Shown here: positions 1 to 15,000 of the stretch, in pieces
Layout: every line of letters begins with the position of its first letter
Numbering within the stretch: the stretch's first letter is position 1
NCBI RefSeq assembly: GCF_001949145.1
Contig: NW_019091406.1
Coordinates: forward strand, 1 to 62,000
Reading direction: 5' to 3'
DNA: 62,000 nt
Source: Acanthaster planci
Taxonomy: Eukaryota
Position numbers and translations under genes: made by a program
The notes under the pieces: model-generated
The model's database searches: none
The model's input: only the letters and a program-made list of their open reading frames with translations
What the model was told of the DNA's origin: nothing

Positions 1-3000
1 TTCTGCAACTCAGCCAACAACAAGAAGCAGCACTGTCACCACAACTGTCATCACCACCACTGAAATAACCACTTTGAGAACAACATCATCAGAATTTTCA
101 ACTACACATCCCAAACGAGGTAATAGTTTTGAATGGGAAGTGATCTGTGAATTGACATTACATGGCTTCTACGTTAATCTTGTTTGGAGGGTTCCAGAGG
201 GTGAGCGAAACAATATTAAAAACTGTTCTTTAAAATTATTAATTTACAATCAGACTACTACTGAGAATGTCTTTTGTCTTTTTGTGATCAGGTCCCCCTG
301 GTGGTTCTGAGGTTGAAACAACTACAAAGCCTATTCGTTCTCGTACGTAGAAATTTACAATTGTTGATTTTATCCAAATCCATAGGATTTGTGTCAGAAA
401 TCATGATGGATTTGGATGATGCAGTAGTGTGAACCTAATTCGACAGAGATAAAGGCATTATTAGTGTTTATCATCAAACCATGTACACATTTCTCACAGT
501 GAACACATTTTATATGACACACATGACAAAGTACACAATAGAATCAGGAAACCTCATGCTTTTTTCTACTTTAGAAGTCAACATCTGTAGAAAGGTCCTG
601 AACTTCTAGCAGTATGGCATATGTGACACTGTTTGTTGGTGTGACTGATAGTAAAAATCTCTCTAGTAATTCAACAGTTCACACCATACTGAAATATAGG
701 AAACGGAACATAACATAAATTTTGCTGTGGATTGATTCCAATAAAATCAGTTTTAAAAATAATTTTGTCAGTCTTAATATGTTTTTTTCAAATTGGTTCC
801 CTGGGAGGCTCCGAACTTCCAACAAGGGGCCGTCTGTAAAGTATGTTTACATGAAGGGGGAGGGGGGTTGGTGCTGTTGCGTACACCATGCAAGGTGGGT
901 GGGAGGTGGGTTCAAGGCAGTGCAAACCGCCTTGCAGTGCATGTTGAAAATACAAAATAATACGTGTTCTTAACTGCCATATATTACTTCAAAAACTAAA
1001 CGGTGCCTTGAGCTAATTGTTGTATTGTAACTGTATTTGCAATCATTATACCTGAAGGCTGAATGAACTTTCAGAAAAAAGCAATGTGACGCCTTGCAGC
1101 CTTGGTTTTCTTTCATTTAATTTATTATATTTCGTTTTGAATGCTTTTAGTTTCCTTTCACTAAATTTTATGACAACAGGTCCTTTAATAAGATGGGTTC
1201 TCAACTTCTGAAATTTAAAGTTGTCACTTCAACAATATCAAACGGCTAAACTTGATTAATACCACCCTTTTAAATATCCATAATGATACCAAACATTTTT
1301 TTAAAAANNNNNNNNNNNNNNNNNNNNNNNNNNNNNNNNNNNNNNNNNNNNNNNNNNNNNNNNNNNNNNNNNNNNNNNNNNNNNNNNNNNNNNNNNNNNN
1401 NNNNNNNNNNNNNNNNNNNNNNNNNNNNNNNNNNNNNNNNNNNNNNNNNNNNNNNNNNNNNNNNNNNNNNNNNNNNNNNNNNNNNNNNNNNNNNNNNNNN
1501 NNNNNNNGGGAAACCTCATGCTTTTTTCTACTTTAGAAGTCAACATCTGTAGAAAGGTCCTGAACTTCTAGCAGTATGGCATATGTGACACTGTTTGTTG
1601 GTTAGACTGATAGTAAAAATCTCTCTAGTAATTCAACAGTTCACACCATACTGAAATATAGGAAACGGAACATTACATAAATTTTGCTGTGGATTGATTC
1701 CAATAAAATCAGTTTTAAAAATAATTTTGTCAGTCTTAATATGTTTTTTTCAAATTGGTTCCCTGGGAGGCTCCAACTTCCAACAAGGGGCCGTCTGTAA
1801 AGTATGTTTACATGAAGGGGGAGGGGGGTTGGTGCTGTTGCGTACACCATGCAAGGTGGGTGGGAGGTGGGTTCAAGGCAGTGCAAACCGCCTTGCAGTG
1901 CATGTTGAAAATACAAAATAATACGTGTTCTTAACTGCCATATATTACTTCAAAAACTAAACGGTGCCTTGAGCTAATTGTTGTATTGTAACTGTATTTG
2001 CGATCATAATACCTGAAGGCTGAATGAACTTTCAGAAAAGAGCAATGTGAGGCCTTGCAGCCTTGGTTTTCTTTCATTTAATTTATTATATTTCGTTTTA
2101 TATGCTTTTAGTTTCCTTTCACTAAATTTTATGACAACAGGTCCTTTAATAAGACGGGTTCTCAACTTCTGAAATTTAAAGTTGTCACTTCAACAATATC
2201 AAACGGCTAAACTTGATTAATACTACCGTTTAAAATATCCATAATGATACCAAGCATTTTTTAAATAGGTCCCTCATGGAGTTCAGGTCCCGGAACATCA
2301 ACATAGCCTGCATGCCCCCATATGTATAAAAACGTTACTCAAAATATCTTTATAAAGTAACCATGGACATGAAATTATGCCTTTTGACTGAACAAAACAT
2401 TAACATATTTTCCATAGGACATTCAACAACTGAGCCAACAAGAAGGAGCACAACTGTAAGCACGACCCTGAGGACCACAATTCCCTGGACATCTACAACT
2501 CAAGGTAATAAACCTTCTAACATAATTGTTCCTTAAATGTCAACTTGTATCTCTAACAACATTGCAAACTTCAAAATAAAGATCCTAGGGATAAATCTGA
2601 GGTATGCTCTTCATTACAGGATACTGCCAAGAATACCTCGATGGGGCAGCCGGACTTACGAACAAGTTTATTACTGGCGGTTCCCTTCAGAGAGACAACA
2701 CGACAGGGTTCTTGACAATCAGGAACTTACCTGTTGACATTCAGGCCACTGAACTTCCCAGACTGTACAATACATTTTCCAGTCGCACAATCATCCGAGG
2801 AATCAGCATTCAGTTACAATCACCGACATTCCCACAGTCAAGTTCAGACAACAAGCTGGATGTGTCTCTGATTTTGTCCACGAAGAAGGCCAGGGATGAG
2901 GACTTTGTTGCTGTGAAAAATCCTGCCACTGATGAGGCAAAGGTAACAGCAGTTCCTCTGCTTTGTCTCCTCTCAAAAACTTAACAAAGAATCCTCTTAC

Positions 3001-6000
3001 TCTGAAATCACTATTTGTTACAAAATTTGGCTTTAGCATTGGGAAAATAAACTGTTTAAAGTTGTAGTATCCACTAGAAATAATGCATGCAAGGTATGGT
3101 AGACAGCTGGTATGTTTTAAAGGACATATACAGTATTGCTAGCCATGGATTTCAATTTCATTCATTCATTTTTTCAGCAGGTTTTCACGGTTGCAGTCAA
3201 TGACAAACGCAGCACACTGATCAATCTACCAAGTGACAGTGAAGCTCTGGAGGGTGTTACAGAATTACTAATAGAGATCAAACAAGTCAGCGATGTTGAA
3301 TCTGTCACCCTTGAATTACATGTTTATGGGTGCATTGAAGGTAATCTGATCTCAATGAAAATGTGAAAAAACAGCATATATGTTGACACCACAGTTAGTG
3401 TGACGTGAGAATTTGCAATTAAAATATAATGTCTAACTCTGCCTTTTTATATGAAAAGCTAAAACAACAACAAAGGTAATGACTTCAAGTACTATGGTAT
3501 CATCACCATCTACAACAACCGAAGAAGTTACAACAGCTACAGAGTCAACAACTGCCACAAGAAGAACAAAAGAAGAGATCACCACCTCCAAAAAGACAAC
3601 ACCTCACACATCTTCAACACAAGGTTTGTATCTTTGACTTCCTGTAAAATGTTGCAGCAATATTAAAATGCACCATAGGTTGAATACGATTCTTGTAAAG
3701 GATAGTATGTTAATCTATTTTATTTCTTTTTATTTTTGTGTGGATCACAGAAGCTGGAACAGGGGAGATTGTGACAACAACTACATCAGTTACCACGCCA
3801 ACATCAACATCAGAAGAATCAACATCAAGCGTTGTCATAACTTCTCCAGAACATGTAACAACAATTCAGACAACAGTACTGACTACAACTGCAAGTGTGT
3901 CCAAAGGTGATTTGTTCAGTGAATTAACTTTCTTTTAAAAAAAAATTGAAAACGCCAAAGACCAATACCCTAAAATTGAACTTGTTACTTAGGTCAATGA
4001 GTAACAACCTTGTGTTTGTAGGTGCACAGTTCCATTTTATTTAAAGTTTGGTCCATTCATTTTATCATACCTTTCAAATCAAATTTTCTCTTTTAATTTT
4101 GCACAGCAACTGAAGGCAAAGAAATTTCAGCAACCCAAACACTGAGACGTGAGTATTGTCAGCTTACAACATGGCATATAGCAGCCTAATCTGAACAAAT
4201 ATTTTGGCTACAATTAACTTACACAGGCAGTTTAAATGACACATCGAAAGACATATGACTCATATAATGACATGAAATTATCCCCTTGCTTGCTCTCTCC
4301 TACCCTTACAGCAACAACTAGCATGATACCACCATCAGAGCAGCCACAGATTTCCACCACTACTCCTGAGGTCAAGACAACAACACCAGGTAACACTTTC
4401 AATTAGGTCTGAAGGAAATACGCCCAAAAATTCTCATGTACTCCATATGTTTTCAAGTTCAAATGCAAAACAATGTGTACTTTTTACCAAAAGTCAAAGC
4501 TTCACTGATATTCACTTTCCAGGTGAATGCAGTGAGGATGTAAACAAAATCAGCAACCTTGAAGTTGAGTGGCTGACATCCAGCGGTGAAATTATAAATT
4601 CAGAATCAAACTGGGAAATCGATTCCCTACCTGAAAAACGTCCGATCTCAGCAGAGGATGCAAACGACTTACAGTCTTTGGAAGTTAAATTCTCCTCGTC
4701 TGTCCGGCTAATGAGCATTGCAGTTAGCGATCAAAAGGACAAAAAGTCAAACATCGACTTTGCCTTGAAAGTGAAAGCCACCCCAGCCTCAGTTGCAGAA
4801 TTTCTGCTGGATGGTGAAAATCTGCAGATCTTTACTGCTCAAAGTACCAATAAACTTGACCTGCCAGAATTGCCAGGAGTAAGAAAAATCGAAATAGTGC
4901 CCATCAAAATCAACAGCAGCAGAAACGGTGGATACAGCCTTCAAGTTGAACTGTACGGATGTGCCGAAATAGGTAATATGGCTTGTTCTAAACATTGGTA
5001 GTTTTCAGGAATACAGACATTTTGAAGGTCTTTCCATATCTAACAATGTTTAAGGATATGAATTCACTAAATAATTCCTGAAAATAACTTGTCTTTTGTT
5101 TTCAGTGACAACAACTGTAACTGCGATAACATCAACAACGCCCTCAATAACGGAGGAAGCAATTAAAATTACAACAGTTACTGCAACACCTACAGAAACA
5201 ACCACTAAACAGACAACAATTACCCAGGCAAAAAGTACAACAGGTTTGGACACCACCATTAATATTTTAAGATTTTACTGGAAACAAAAACTTGTAAATT
5301 TGACATTTTTATCAACTTTTTAAAAACTCTTTGCTCAATGTTCCTCTATAGTGCTTCAACTATCAAATGTAATTGGCTTACAAATACTAGAAGATGTCAC
5401 ATGAATGGTTGAAGTGCATGTTATGATATATTTACAGCAAATAGCTGTGTCAGACAAGTAACCAAAACAATCAATTTAAGACTGATACTAATGTTTCACT
5501 GACTCTAATATAAGGCAAAACAATGGTTTAAAAATAACGACAGAGGTTGTGATATCACAAGTCTATGTAGAAATGTGCTTGATGCTTTGAATTCAGCACT
5601 TCTAGTCGTGCTATTAAGACTAGAAATGGATGTAAAATTTCAGTGTTTATCCTTAACAATGACATTATGACCATTAGCAGTACATTCTTTTTAATAGCTT
5701 TGGGAAAGTAATGGTTTTTCAATTAGACTTCTTCTTTTTCTGCATAATGGCAGAGCTTGGAAGTTCCACTTTGCTAGCAAGTACAACATTGCCAACCACA
5801 GCTCCACTTGTAAGTACAACTGCACATCTGACAACATTGCCAACATCGGAATCTCGGCATACTACAGGAATGAGTACAGTATTCCAAGCTACTCCACTTG
5901 CAGTGACTAGCACACTGTTGAGTACATTACCAACTACTCAACTTCCAAACACCATCACGACTGTAGCATTGCCAACGACTACTCCACTTCCAAGTAAAAG

Positions 6001-9000
6001 ACTGAGTACAATATTGACAACATCTACTGTACTTCCAAGTACAAGGATGAGTACCACACTGCCAACGACTACTCCACTTGCAAGTACAAGGATGAGTACG
6101 ACACTGCCAACGACTACTCCACTTGCAAGTACAAGGATGAGTACAACACTGCCAATGACTACTCCACTTGCAAGTACAAGGATGAGTACCATACTGCCAA
6201 CAACTACTCCACTTGCAAGTACAAGGATGAGTACGACACTGCCAACGACTACTCCACTTGCAAGTACAAGGATGAGTACAACACTGCCAATGACTACTCC
6301 ACTTGCAAGTACAAGGATGAGTACAATGACTACTCCACTTGCAAGTACAAGGATGAGTACGACACTTCCAACGACTACTCCACTTGCAAGTACAAGGATG
6401 AGTACAACACTGCCAATGACTACTCCACTTGCAAGTACAAGGATGAGTACAATGACTACTCCACTTGCAAGTACAAGGATGAGTACCATACTGCCAACGA
6501 CTACTCCACTTGCAAGTACAAGGATGAGTACGACACTGCCAACAACTACTCCACTTGCAAGTACAAGGATGAGTACCATACTGCCAACAACTACTCCACT
6601 TGCNNNNNNNNNNNNNNNNNNNNNNNNNNNNNNNNNNNNNNNNNNNNNNNNNNNNNNNNNNNNNNNNNNNNNNNNNNNNNNNNNNNNNNNNNNNNNNNNN
6701 NNNNNNNNNNNNNNNNNNNNNNNNNNNNNNNNNNNNNNNNNNNNNNNNNNNNNNNNNNNNNNNNNNNNNNNNNNNNNNNNNNNNNNNNNNNNNNNNNNNN
6801 NNNNNNNNNNNNNNNNNNNNNNNNNNNNNNNNNNNNNNNNNNNNNNNNNNNNNNNNNNNNNNNNNNNNNNNNNNNNNNNNNNNNNNNNNNNNNNNNNNNN
6901 NNNNNNNNNNNNNNNNNNNNNNNNNNNNNNNNNNNNNNNNNNNNNNNNNNNNNNNNNNNNNNNNNNNNNNNNNNNNNNNNNNNNNNNNNNNNNNNNNNNN
7001 NNNNNNNNNNNNNNNNNNNNNNNNNNNNNNNNNNNNNNNNNNNNNNNNNNNNNNNNNNNNNNNNNNNNNNNNNNNNNNNNNNNNNNNNNNNNNNNNNNNN
7101 NNNNNNNNNNNNNNNNNNNNNNNNNNNNNNNNNNNNNNNNNNNNNNNNNNNNNNNNNNNNNNNNNNNNNNNNNNNNNNNNNNNNNNNNNNNNNNNNNNNN
7201 NNNNNNNNNNNNNNNNNNNNNNNNNNNNNNNNNNNNNNNNNNNNNNNNNNNNNNNNNNNNNNNNNNNNNNNNNNNNNNNNNNNNNNNNNNNNNNNNNNNN
7301 NNNNNNNNNNNNNNNNNNNNNNNNNNNNNNNNNNNNNNNNNNNNNNNNNNNNNNNNNNNNNNNNNNNNNNNNNNNNNNNNNNNNNNNNNNNNNNNNNNNN
7401 NNNNNNNNNNNNNNNNNNNNNNNNNNNTACAACGACTACTCCACTTCCAAGTACAAGACTGAGTACAACATTGCCAACGTCTACTGTACTTCCAAGTACA
7501 AGAGTGAGTACAACATTGCCCATAACTACTCCACTTGCAAGTACAAGACAGATTACAACAATGGCAACCACTCCAATTGAAAGTGCAAGGACAAGTACTG
7601 CAGTTCTAACAACTACTCCACTTGCAAGTACAAGAAGCAGCATAACATTGCCGACAACTCACACTCATATTCCAAGTCTGGGGAAGAGTACAACAATCCC
7701 AACAACCATCCCACTTGTTACCAGAAGAATCACTAGGACACTACCAACAACCAGTCCAGTGGCAAGTACAACAGTTAGTACACCACCACCAATTACTACT
7801 CAACTACCAAGAACATCAGAGAGTACAGCATGGCCAACATCGAGGATGGTAACAACATTTCCAGTGACAACTCACCTCAGGAGCACAGCTTCAAAACCTT
7901 TACAGCCTGTTCCAGGTCAAGGTAAAAGTCACTTTTTCATCACACTTGCTACTACTTGAGGGCAGCCATTTTGATAATCTGGACAATCCATTACCTTGTA
8001 ATGAATGTATTCAGATACATATTTGTTCTTGAATCACTCTGATCAGGTGGTGGCAGCGGCCAAATTTCTCCAGGATCTCCCCCTACACAACGCAATGAGT
8101 TTGCATTCTCAGTTGAACCAACTACTTTGGCAATGGATGCAGCACCACCAACAAGTCTTATTGCTACTGCAACTGCATTGTTGAAAACAGCATTGCCACA
8201 AACTACTTCACTTGCAAGTACAATAAAGAGTTCAGTTCTTCCAACACCAAGCATAACAACTGCATTAAAACCACTACAGCCTCTTCCGGGTGAAGGTAAG
8301 TCATCACTTAAGATTCTTAAAGGCATACAAATATGACCATATCCATTTGTGTAATTTTAAAATCACTGGGTTAACCTGTTTTTAAAATTATCATTTCTAT
8401 TTTCCATCTCTGAGCATTCATATACATAGGAAACGATTCTATCGGTGATAGCAGTGTCTGCTGTTGTACTTATCAAGGCACTTTGTAACTTGATCATTTT
8501 TTTGGAATGAACCATGGGCAGAGATCCTGGGAGTTTGGAGATACATCCTCTCCCACTACACTTTTCAAGTCAGATTTTATGCGCACCTGCATCACACATC
8601 ATTGACTCCACACTCGCCAAAGTCACAATCTCACCTGGGATGGAGACCTTGCTGGGTTCGATGAGTGAATAGAAAATCATCACCCCATGTCATGCACGCC
8701 TTATTCCATCTCCACCCACGGAACTAGTTACAGTACCTTACTGATTCAAATATTACCATCATATCAATGCAAACATTTTTTTGCAAATTATTCTTGTCAG
8801 GAACAGGTAATGGTGAAATATCTCAAGGAACTCCCTCCACACAAAAAAATGAATTTGCATTCTCAGCTAAACCAAAGACCTCCAGTGTGAGTTCAACACT
8901 GGCAACAACATCTTCACTTCCAGTGACAACTTTGCTGTTGAGAACAGCACTTCTAACAGGTCCAGTATCCTCAACAACNNNNNNNNNNNNNNNNNNNNNN

Positions 9001-12000
9001 NNNNNNNNNNNNNNNNNNNNNNNNNNNNNNNNNNNNNNNNNNNNNNNNNNNNNNNNNNNNNNNNNNNNNNNNNNNNNNNNNNNNNNNNNNNNNNNNNNNN
9101 NNNNNNNNNNNNNNNNNNNNNNNNNNNNNNNNNNNNNNNNNNNNNNNNNNNNNNNNNNNNNNNNNNNNNNNNNNNNNNNNNNNNNNNNNNNNNNNNNNNN
9201 NNNNNNNNNNNNNNNNNNNNNNNNNNNNNNNNNNNNNNNNNNNNNNNNNNNNNNNNNNNNNNNNNNNNNNNNNNNNNNNNNNNNNNNNNNNNNNNNNNNN
9301 NNNNNNNNNNNNNNNNNNNNNNNNNNNNNNNNNNNNNNNNNNNNNNNNNNNNNNNNNNNNNNNNNNNNNNNNNNNNNNNNNNNNNNNNNNNNNNNNNNNN
9401 NNNNNNNNNNNNNNNNNNNNNNNNNNNNNNNNNNNNNNNNNNNNNNNNNNNNNNNNNNNNNNNNNNNNNNNNNNNNNNNNNNNNNNNNNNNNNNNNNNNN
9501 NNNNNNNNNNNNNNNNNNNNNNNNNNNNNNNNNNNNNNNNNNNNNNNNNNNNNNNNNNNNNNNNNNNNNNNNNNNNNNNNNNNNNNNNNNNNNNNNNNNN
9601 NNNNNNNNNNNNNNNNNNNNNNNNNNNNNNNNNNNNNNNNNNNNNNNNNNNNNNNNNNNNNNNNNNNNNNNNNNNNNNNNNNNNNNNNNNNNNNNNNNNN
9701 NNNNNNNNNNNNNNNNNNNNNNNNNNNNNNNNNNNNNNNNNNNNNNNNNNNNNNNACCTCCTCGACGTCCTACAACAACTCCACACACAAGTGCAATGGC
9801 TATAAGAACAACACTTTTCAAAAGCACTTCATTACAACCATTTCAGCCTGTGCCTAGTCAAGGTAAGCAATTAAAAATTAGTTTATAATTTTGTTGTATA
9901 TCTAGCACTCTTATACATTTTTTCTCTTTTAAGTTCACTAATTGAGGACACCTCTTTTTGTCTAGATTGCGCATGTTATTCATCCCATTGACCACACAAA
10001 AATGGCAAAACACATAGTAGTCTATTGCTGGCTGCCCACAATTCAATATCAAGTCAGTGGTGTCTTGTTACAGCCACCACATGATGAAACTAAACTTTTT
10101 TGAGTCTGCAATGCATTCATTCCCCAATCATAAGAAACTGTAATCATAGGTCAGAGGTACATGACTATATCTGTAGTTTGAGATTTGAAGTTCTCATTGT
10201 GAAGTTGACAAGTGAAGTAATAATTTTGCAGTAGCACCAAGGAATGTATCTATTTTGTGAGTATGTGTGATTCTAATTGCAGTCTCCTGACAAAGGACAG
10301 AGCATACTGTGTAAAACATCGAGAACGCTTCTGTTCTTATCAGAACCACACATACTCACAAAGGAGGTATTTTGCATAGTATAACCACAGATCTTTTACC
10401 CATTTTATCAGTAGTTTTAGTACCAGTAATCACATGTGTATCTGCATCATATTTCAACGGTAAAAAATGAAATGTTAAAATAAAGTGACAGGTTTTAGTT
10501 CTTTGACATTCAAGTACTAATAAGTTTAAAGTTCCAAATGTATATTTACAAAAGAAATATATTGGGAACTTATTCTTACAGGTGTAGGTAATGGCCAAAT
10601 TTTTCCAGGATCTCTCTCTACACAACGTAATGAGTTTGCATTCTCAGCTAATCCAGCCACTTCAATAATGGGTGCAACATCAGCGACTACTCTACTTTCA
10701 ACGACAGCTGCACTTTTGAAAACAGCATTGCCCACAGCTACTCCAGTTGCAAGTGCAAGGATAAGTACTCTGTCATTGACTACTCCACTTGCTGTGGCAA
10801 CCACACTGTTGAAAACAACTTTGGCGACAGTTCGTCCACCCACAAGTACAAGAAGTAGTACAACATTGCCAGCAACTACGCAACAACTTTCAAGTACAAG
10901 ACAGAGTGCAACACCAACAACACCATTAGCAACCACTCCTCTCAGAAGTATCACTTCAGGACATCAACAGCCTGTTACAGGTCAAGGTAAGGAAATGCTG
11001 TTTATGAAAACAGCTACAAAATAAAATAACAAATGCCTTTGTGACATCTGTTTAAACGAGTCCTTCTGTACCTGGCAGGTGGAGGCAGTGGCCAGATATC
11101 TCAAGAAACTCCTTCTACATCGCGTAATGAGTTTCTGTTCTCAGCTAATCCAACTACTTTGAGAATGGCATCATCGACAACATTACCTGAAATAGCAAGC
11201 TCTCTGCTGAAAACTGCACTGCCAGCAACACACCTTCCAACCACGGCAACCATAGGTATGGCCCTGTGTCTTTCAAACCTAGTGAATGGCATTATACAGG
11301 TTAATAACCTCAAAAGAATTATTTCCATATTATTTTTTAAACATTAGAATGCCAGTTTTAGTGAGATGAGAAATGGGGCTGTGCTTTCAAATTAGCTGAA
11401 TAATCTTATATTGCAATTTTTTTTTCAAAATCAAGTGTTTGGAGGTGCATATCAGTAAAATAAAGAGGAACAAAATCTATTTATTGGGTTTCAACACTGC
11501 ATTCTAAAAGCATGTTTCAAGATGTTTTGAGTATTTAAAACCTGGTGCATATGTCCAACAGGCCAAAAATAAATCCTCCATTTTTTTCCTACTTTTTGTG
11601 GTGCGTGATTTGTGGTGCGTGATTTTCCGCGGACTAAGGCAAAAAAAGTCCCCAATTAGGACAGAATGACACTTGGATAATACCAACTTGGGGACAGACC
11701 ACTTTCCTGAAACGTAGAGGGCTTAACTACCACACAAACTTCCATGATTTGTTTCCGCTTTTGTGGGAAGTTGGTACAACTGAATACTCAAATATTTACC
11801 TAAATGGAAGGTTGAATATCCAACCTTCAGTTATGCAAATTTACTCAGCTTTAATAAGAAATATTGTAAAAAATACAATTTTCAAAACTATGAGCAGGAC
11901 AGATACACTCAATTTCACTCCTCATAAGAGTAACCTTAACAGACAAAAGGTAGTAATTTTGTACTTCAAAGGCAGTCATTTATTTGCATACATAATATGC

Positions 12001-15000
12001 TTTCCAGCTCCAGGAACAACGATAACAACAACAACAACTTTCCCATCTGCAACTGAGAAAGTCACTACCGTCAAAGAAGTTACAGTTACTCCATCATCTA
12101 CCACAACAACAATAATAACCACTCAAGTTCCTCTGGAAGAAAGCACAGGTGAATTATTAAAACACAATCTATTGCAGTAAGGGATCTACAGCTCAGGGAA
12201 TGTACTTCATAAATGTATGCAGAACTAGACACTACATATACCACGCCTCAAATTGTAGGAGTAATACTTCATTTCTCTTGCGCTGTGCTCCATTATACTT
12301 TATCTTTTAAGCAGGTTTCAGAATAATTAGTTTTCAGCTTTAATGTTTTTAAGGAATGCTATGGGTACTTACCCGGGTGTAGTTTCGACAATTCCCATGG
12401 AATATGTACACCCAAATTTGAAGGAAAAAGTGAAACTTAGAGCAAATTTTAAGCCCAAACTTAGACTCTGATTACCATACCAGTATCTTTAGACTAATCT
12501 ACATATTTTTAAGTGTGCATTTTCGCCCTGAAAAAAACCTTGATACTGAAGATGTTTAAAGTTTCTGTTGTTTTATGCTTCAGAATTACACAAAGAAAAC
12601 AGCTGAATCAGAAATTGTTAAAACATTCAGGAAAACTGATAGAGCACAGACATGCATTTCAATAATCAAGATGATTTGAAGGATTTGAACCTGTGACCTG
12701 TGGAACACTATACAGGCACTCTACAAACTAAGCTAACCATCCCCATATGTTGGTGGTTCCTTGCATCTGTTTATATCTTTGTTCAGGGGCTGCTTGTCAG
12801 AGCAGTAACCCTGAAGAACACCACATAGACAGGGATCTCTGTCCAAAATACATGATGTAACCTGGGAAATGGTGAACTGGTTTTGTGGAGGGTGCGAGTT
12901 CAAATTAATTTTAGTCAATTGTTTGTTCATCTTTATAATCGAACATTCTTGAAAAATACATACCTTTACAATAGGAAGTTACGACTCCCTCATGCAGCCT
13001 CCTTTATATTTTTTATTCAAGGGAGTGCAACAACGGAGGCCTCGACAACTACAACATTAAATACAGTGCCTTCAGGTGGTGGCCCTGTAGTTGTTGCACC
13101 ACCAGGTAAATTGAATTGTTAAAAGTTTCCTTTTTATGGTTTTTAACTTATTACTTGTTAATGCCATTTAAAAATGCTACTAAATCTGTACCTGAACTGT
13201 ATTATCAGTACAACTCACTGGCCAACATGCGCAGAAATGCCAGATATTTTCACGTATTAGCATGGGAAGGACTCCACTAGCTGTTAAGCAGTTTCTCCTC
13301 AACAAATTTGAGGAAATCAAACGGGAAGGTATTTTCATTTCCTGAGTAGCAGGGAATTTTATAAGAAAATGGAGCTTTTTTTGTATAGGTCATGGTCCCG
13401 GAGGATCAATTGGCATCCAACCCGTCACATCAAATGAAGGATCTTTTGTTTTCACAGGTATGATTCCTTACTAGGCTGGAAAGCATAATTTCCAATGCAT
13501 TCTTGGTGAAATTAGACATAACTTTCTCATTTTGTGAACTGTTGAGCTAGTTTTGATAAAGTCAGCATTTCAGGAGACTCAGATTTGTCATACGGTGTTC
13601 CCCTTGCAAGACATAATAGTATCTGTACTGTTTTCTCCATTATGACATGAATGTATAATATTCTGCTTCAGTGTTGTATTTGAGTCCATCACAAGTCCCT
13701 GCAAGTCCCTGTAGGTCCATCACAAGTCATTCAGTCTTAAGCCAATTCATGAGCTAGTCAAATGAGCTGTGACAAAAGTATTCCTTTGTCATTGTTCACC
13801 CTGTTACTTATAACTAGCCTTGTGAAGTGTGACTAGACTTGTAAAGGGGCTTGTGAAAGGACTTCTGATGGACTCGAATACAACATTGTTCTGCTTATCA
13901 TTGAGGAAGTAAGAGTTATATCAGGAGTAGCAGTTATGATACCATGTTAACACCTGCCACGGGGAGAGTGAGCATACATGCACCCAAATCAAAGTTTATA
14001 CAGTGAAGTATGTGAGAAATTGAGGCAGCTTAATTTAATTGCTGGGATTTTATATTTACACAAACTGTGTTAAAATTATAGAGAAAGACCATACAACAGC
14101 TTGGATTCCATAACAAATCAAATACCATTGTTGAATCTCATATGCAACTAAAAACTTTTCAAATTGAATATTGCATCTTGTGCATAACATAACCATTTTT
14201 TTATTAATTCCTTATGTTCAAGGAACAACAACTCAGGCTTCCAATCTAACAGCATCAACAGAACAGGCTACAGGCAGTGGTCCTGTTGTTGTCGCACCAC
14301 CAGGTAAACCATTGTCCTGACTTTGCTGTTCACAACTTGCAGGCATTTTGTAAATTAAAATTTGAACCAGACCTTTCATGATTTTTTTATAATTAAATCT
14401 TAGTCCTTATCAAAACATAACGTGCTCTTCAAATCAAATGTGCTCTTCAATAAATATCAGAACAATGCAGCATTCAACTCTGACATACACGTGTAGGCAA
14501 AATTCTACTTCTAGAGGTTTTGATATTTCCCTTCATTAAAAAAATCTGAGCTTTACCGGGGATTATTTGTCCTTCTAGGGGGTAGCTCTGGCGGAGTTAT
14601 TGGCACCCAACCAGTCACATCAAATGAGGGATCTTTTGTTTTCACAGGTAAAATTCCTTACTTTTTTAATATACTGGTAGTACAGGGTTCGTTTCATAAT
14701 AGTAAGACATTCATTTCAATGTAAAAAGTATCATCATTGGAACACAATACCATCAAGCATTAGAATACAGGACACAATATTATCATTCAGGAAACACTTA
14801 AAAAAGCATCTTTTTCCAGTATAAATTCATTATCATGTGTTGCGCAGTGCCATGATTTAGCTGGAATGGCACTATATAAATCTTGGTATTATTTTTATTA
14901 TTATCATTCCAAACACCATTTTTTGCTTTCATATCTTATACTGACAAACTGTTGGATTCAATTTGAATCTGTTTTCTGTATGTTATACAAGTCATCATGA

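Noticed and set aside
547..2265. Tandem duplication of an intron segment
   Set aside because: The near-identical copies directly abut a round-sized N gap, typical of uncollapsed contig or haplotype overlap; not treated as biology.
5927..6603. Minus-strand Cys-rich (CTCKWSS...) and Val-rich ORFs resembling metallothionein or membrane proteins
   Set aside because: They are antisense shadows of the 45-bp PTS repeat; the plus frame has splice sites and fits the mucin.
6030..6603. CRISPR-like appearance of the repeat with a palindromic core
   Set aside because: There are no unique spacers, it is an in-frame coding repeat, and the context is eukaryotic.
1252..9888. Long ORFs made of X residues
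   Set aside because: Artefacts of the N gaps.
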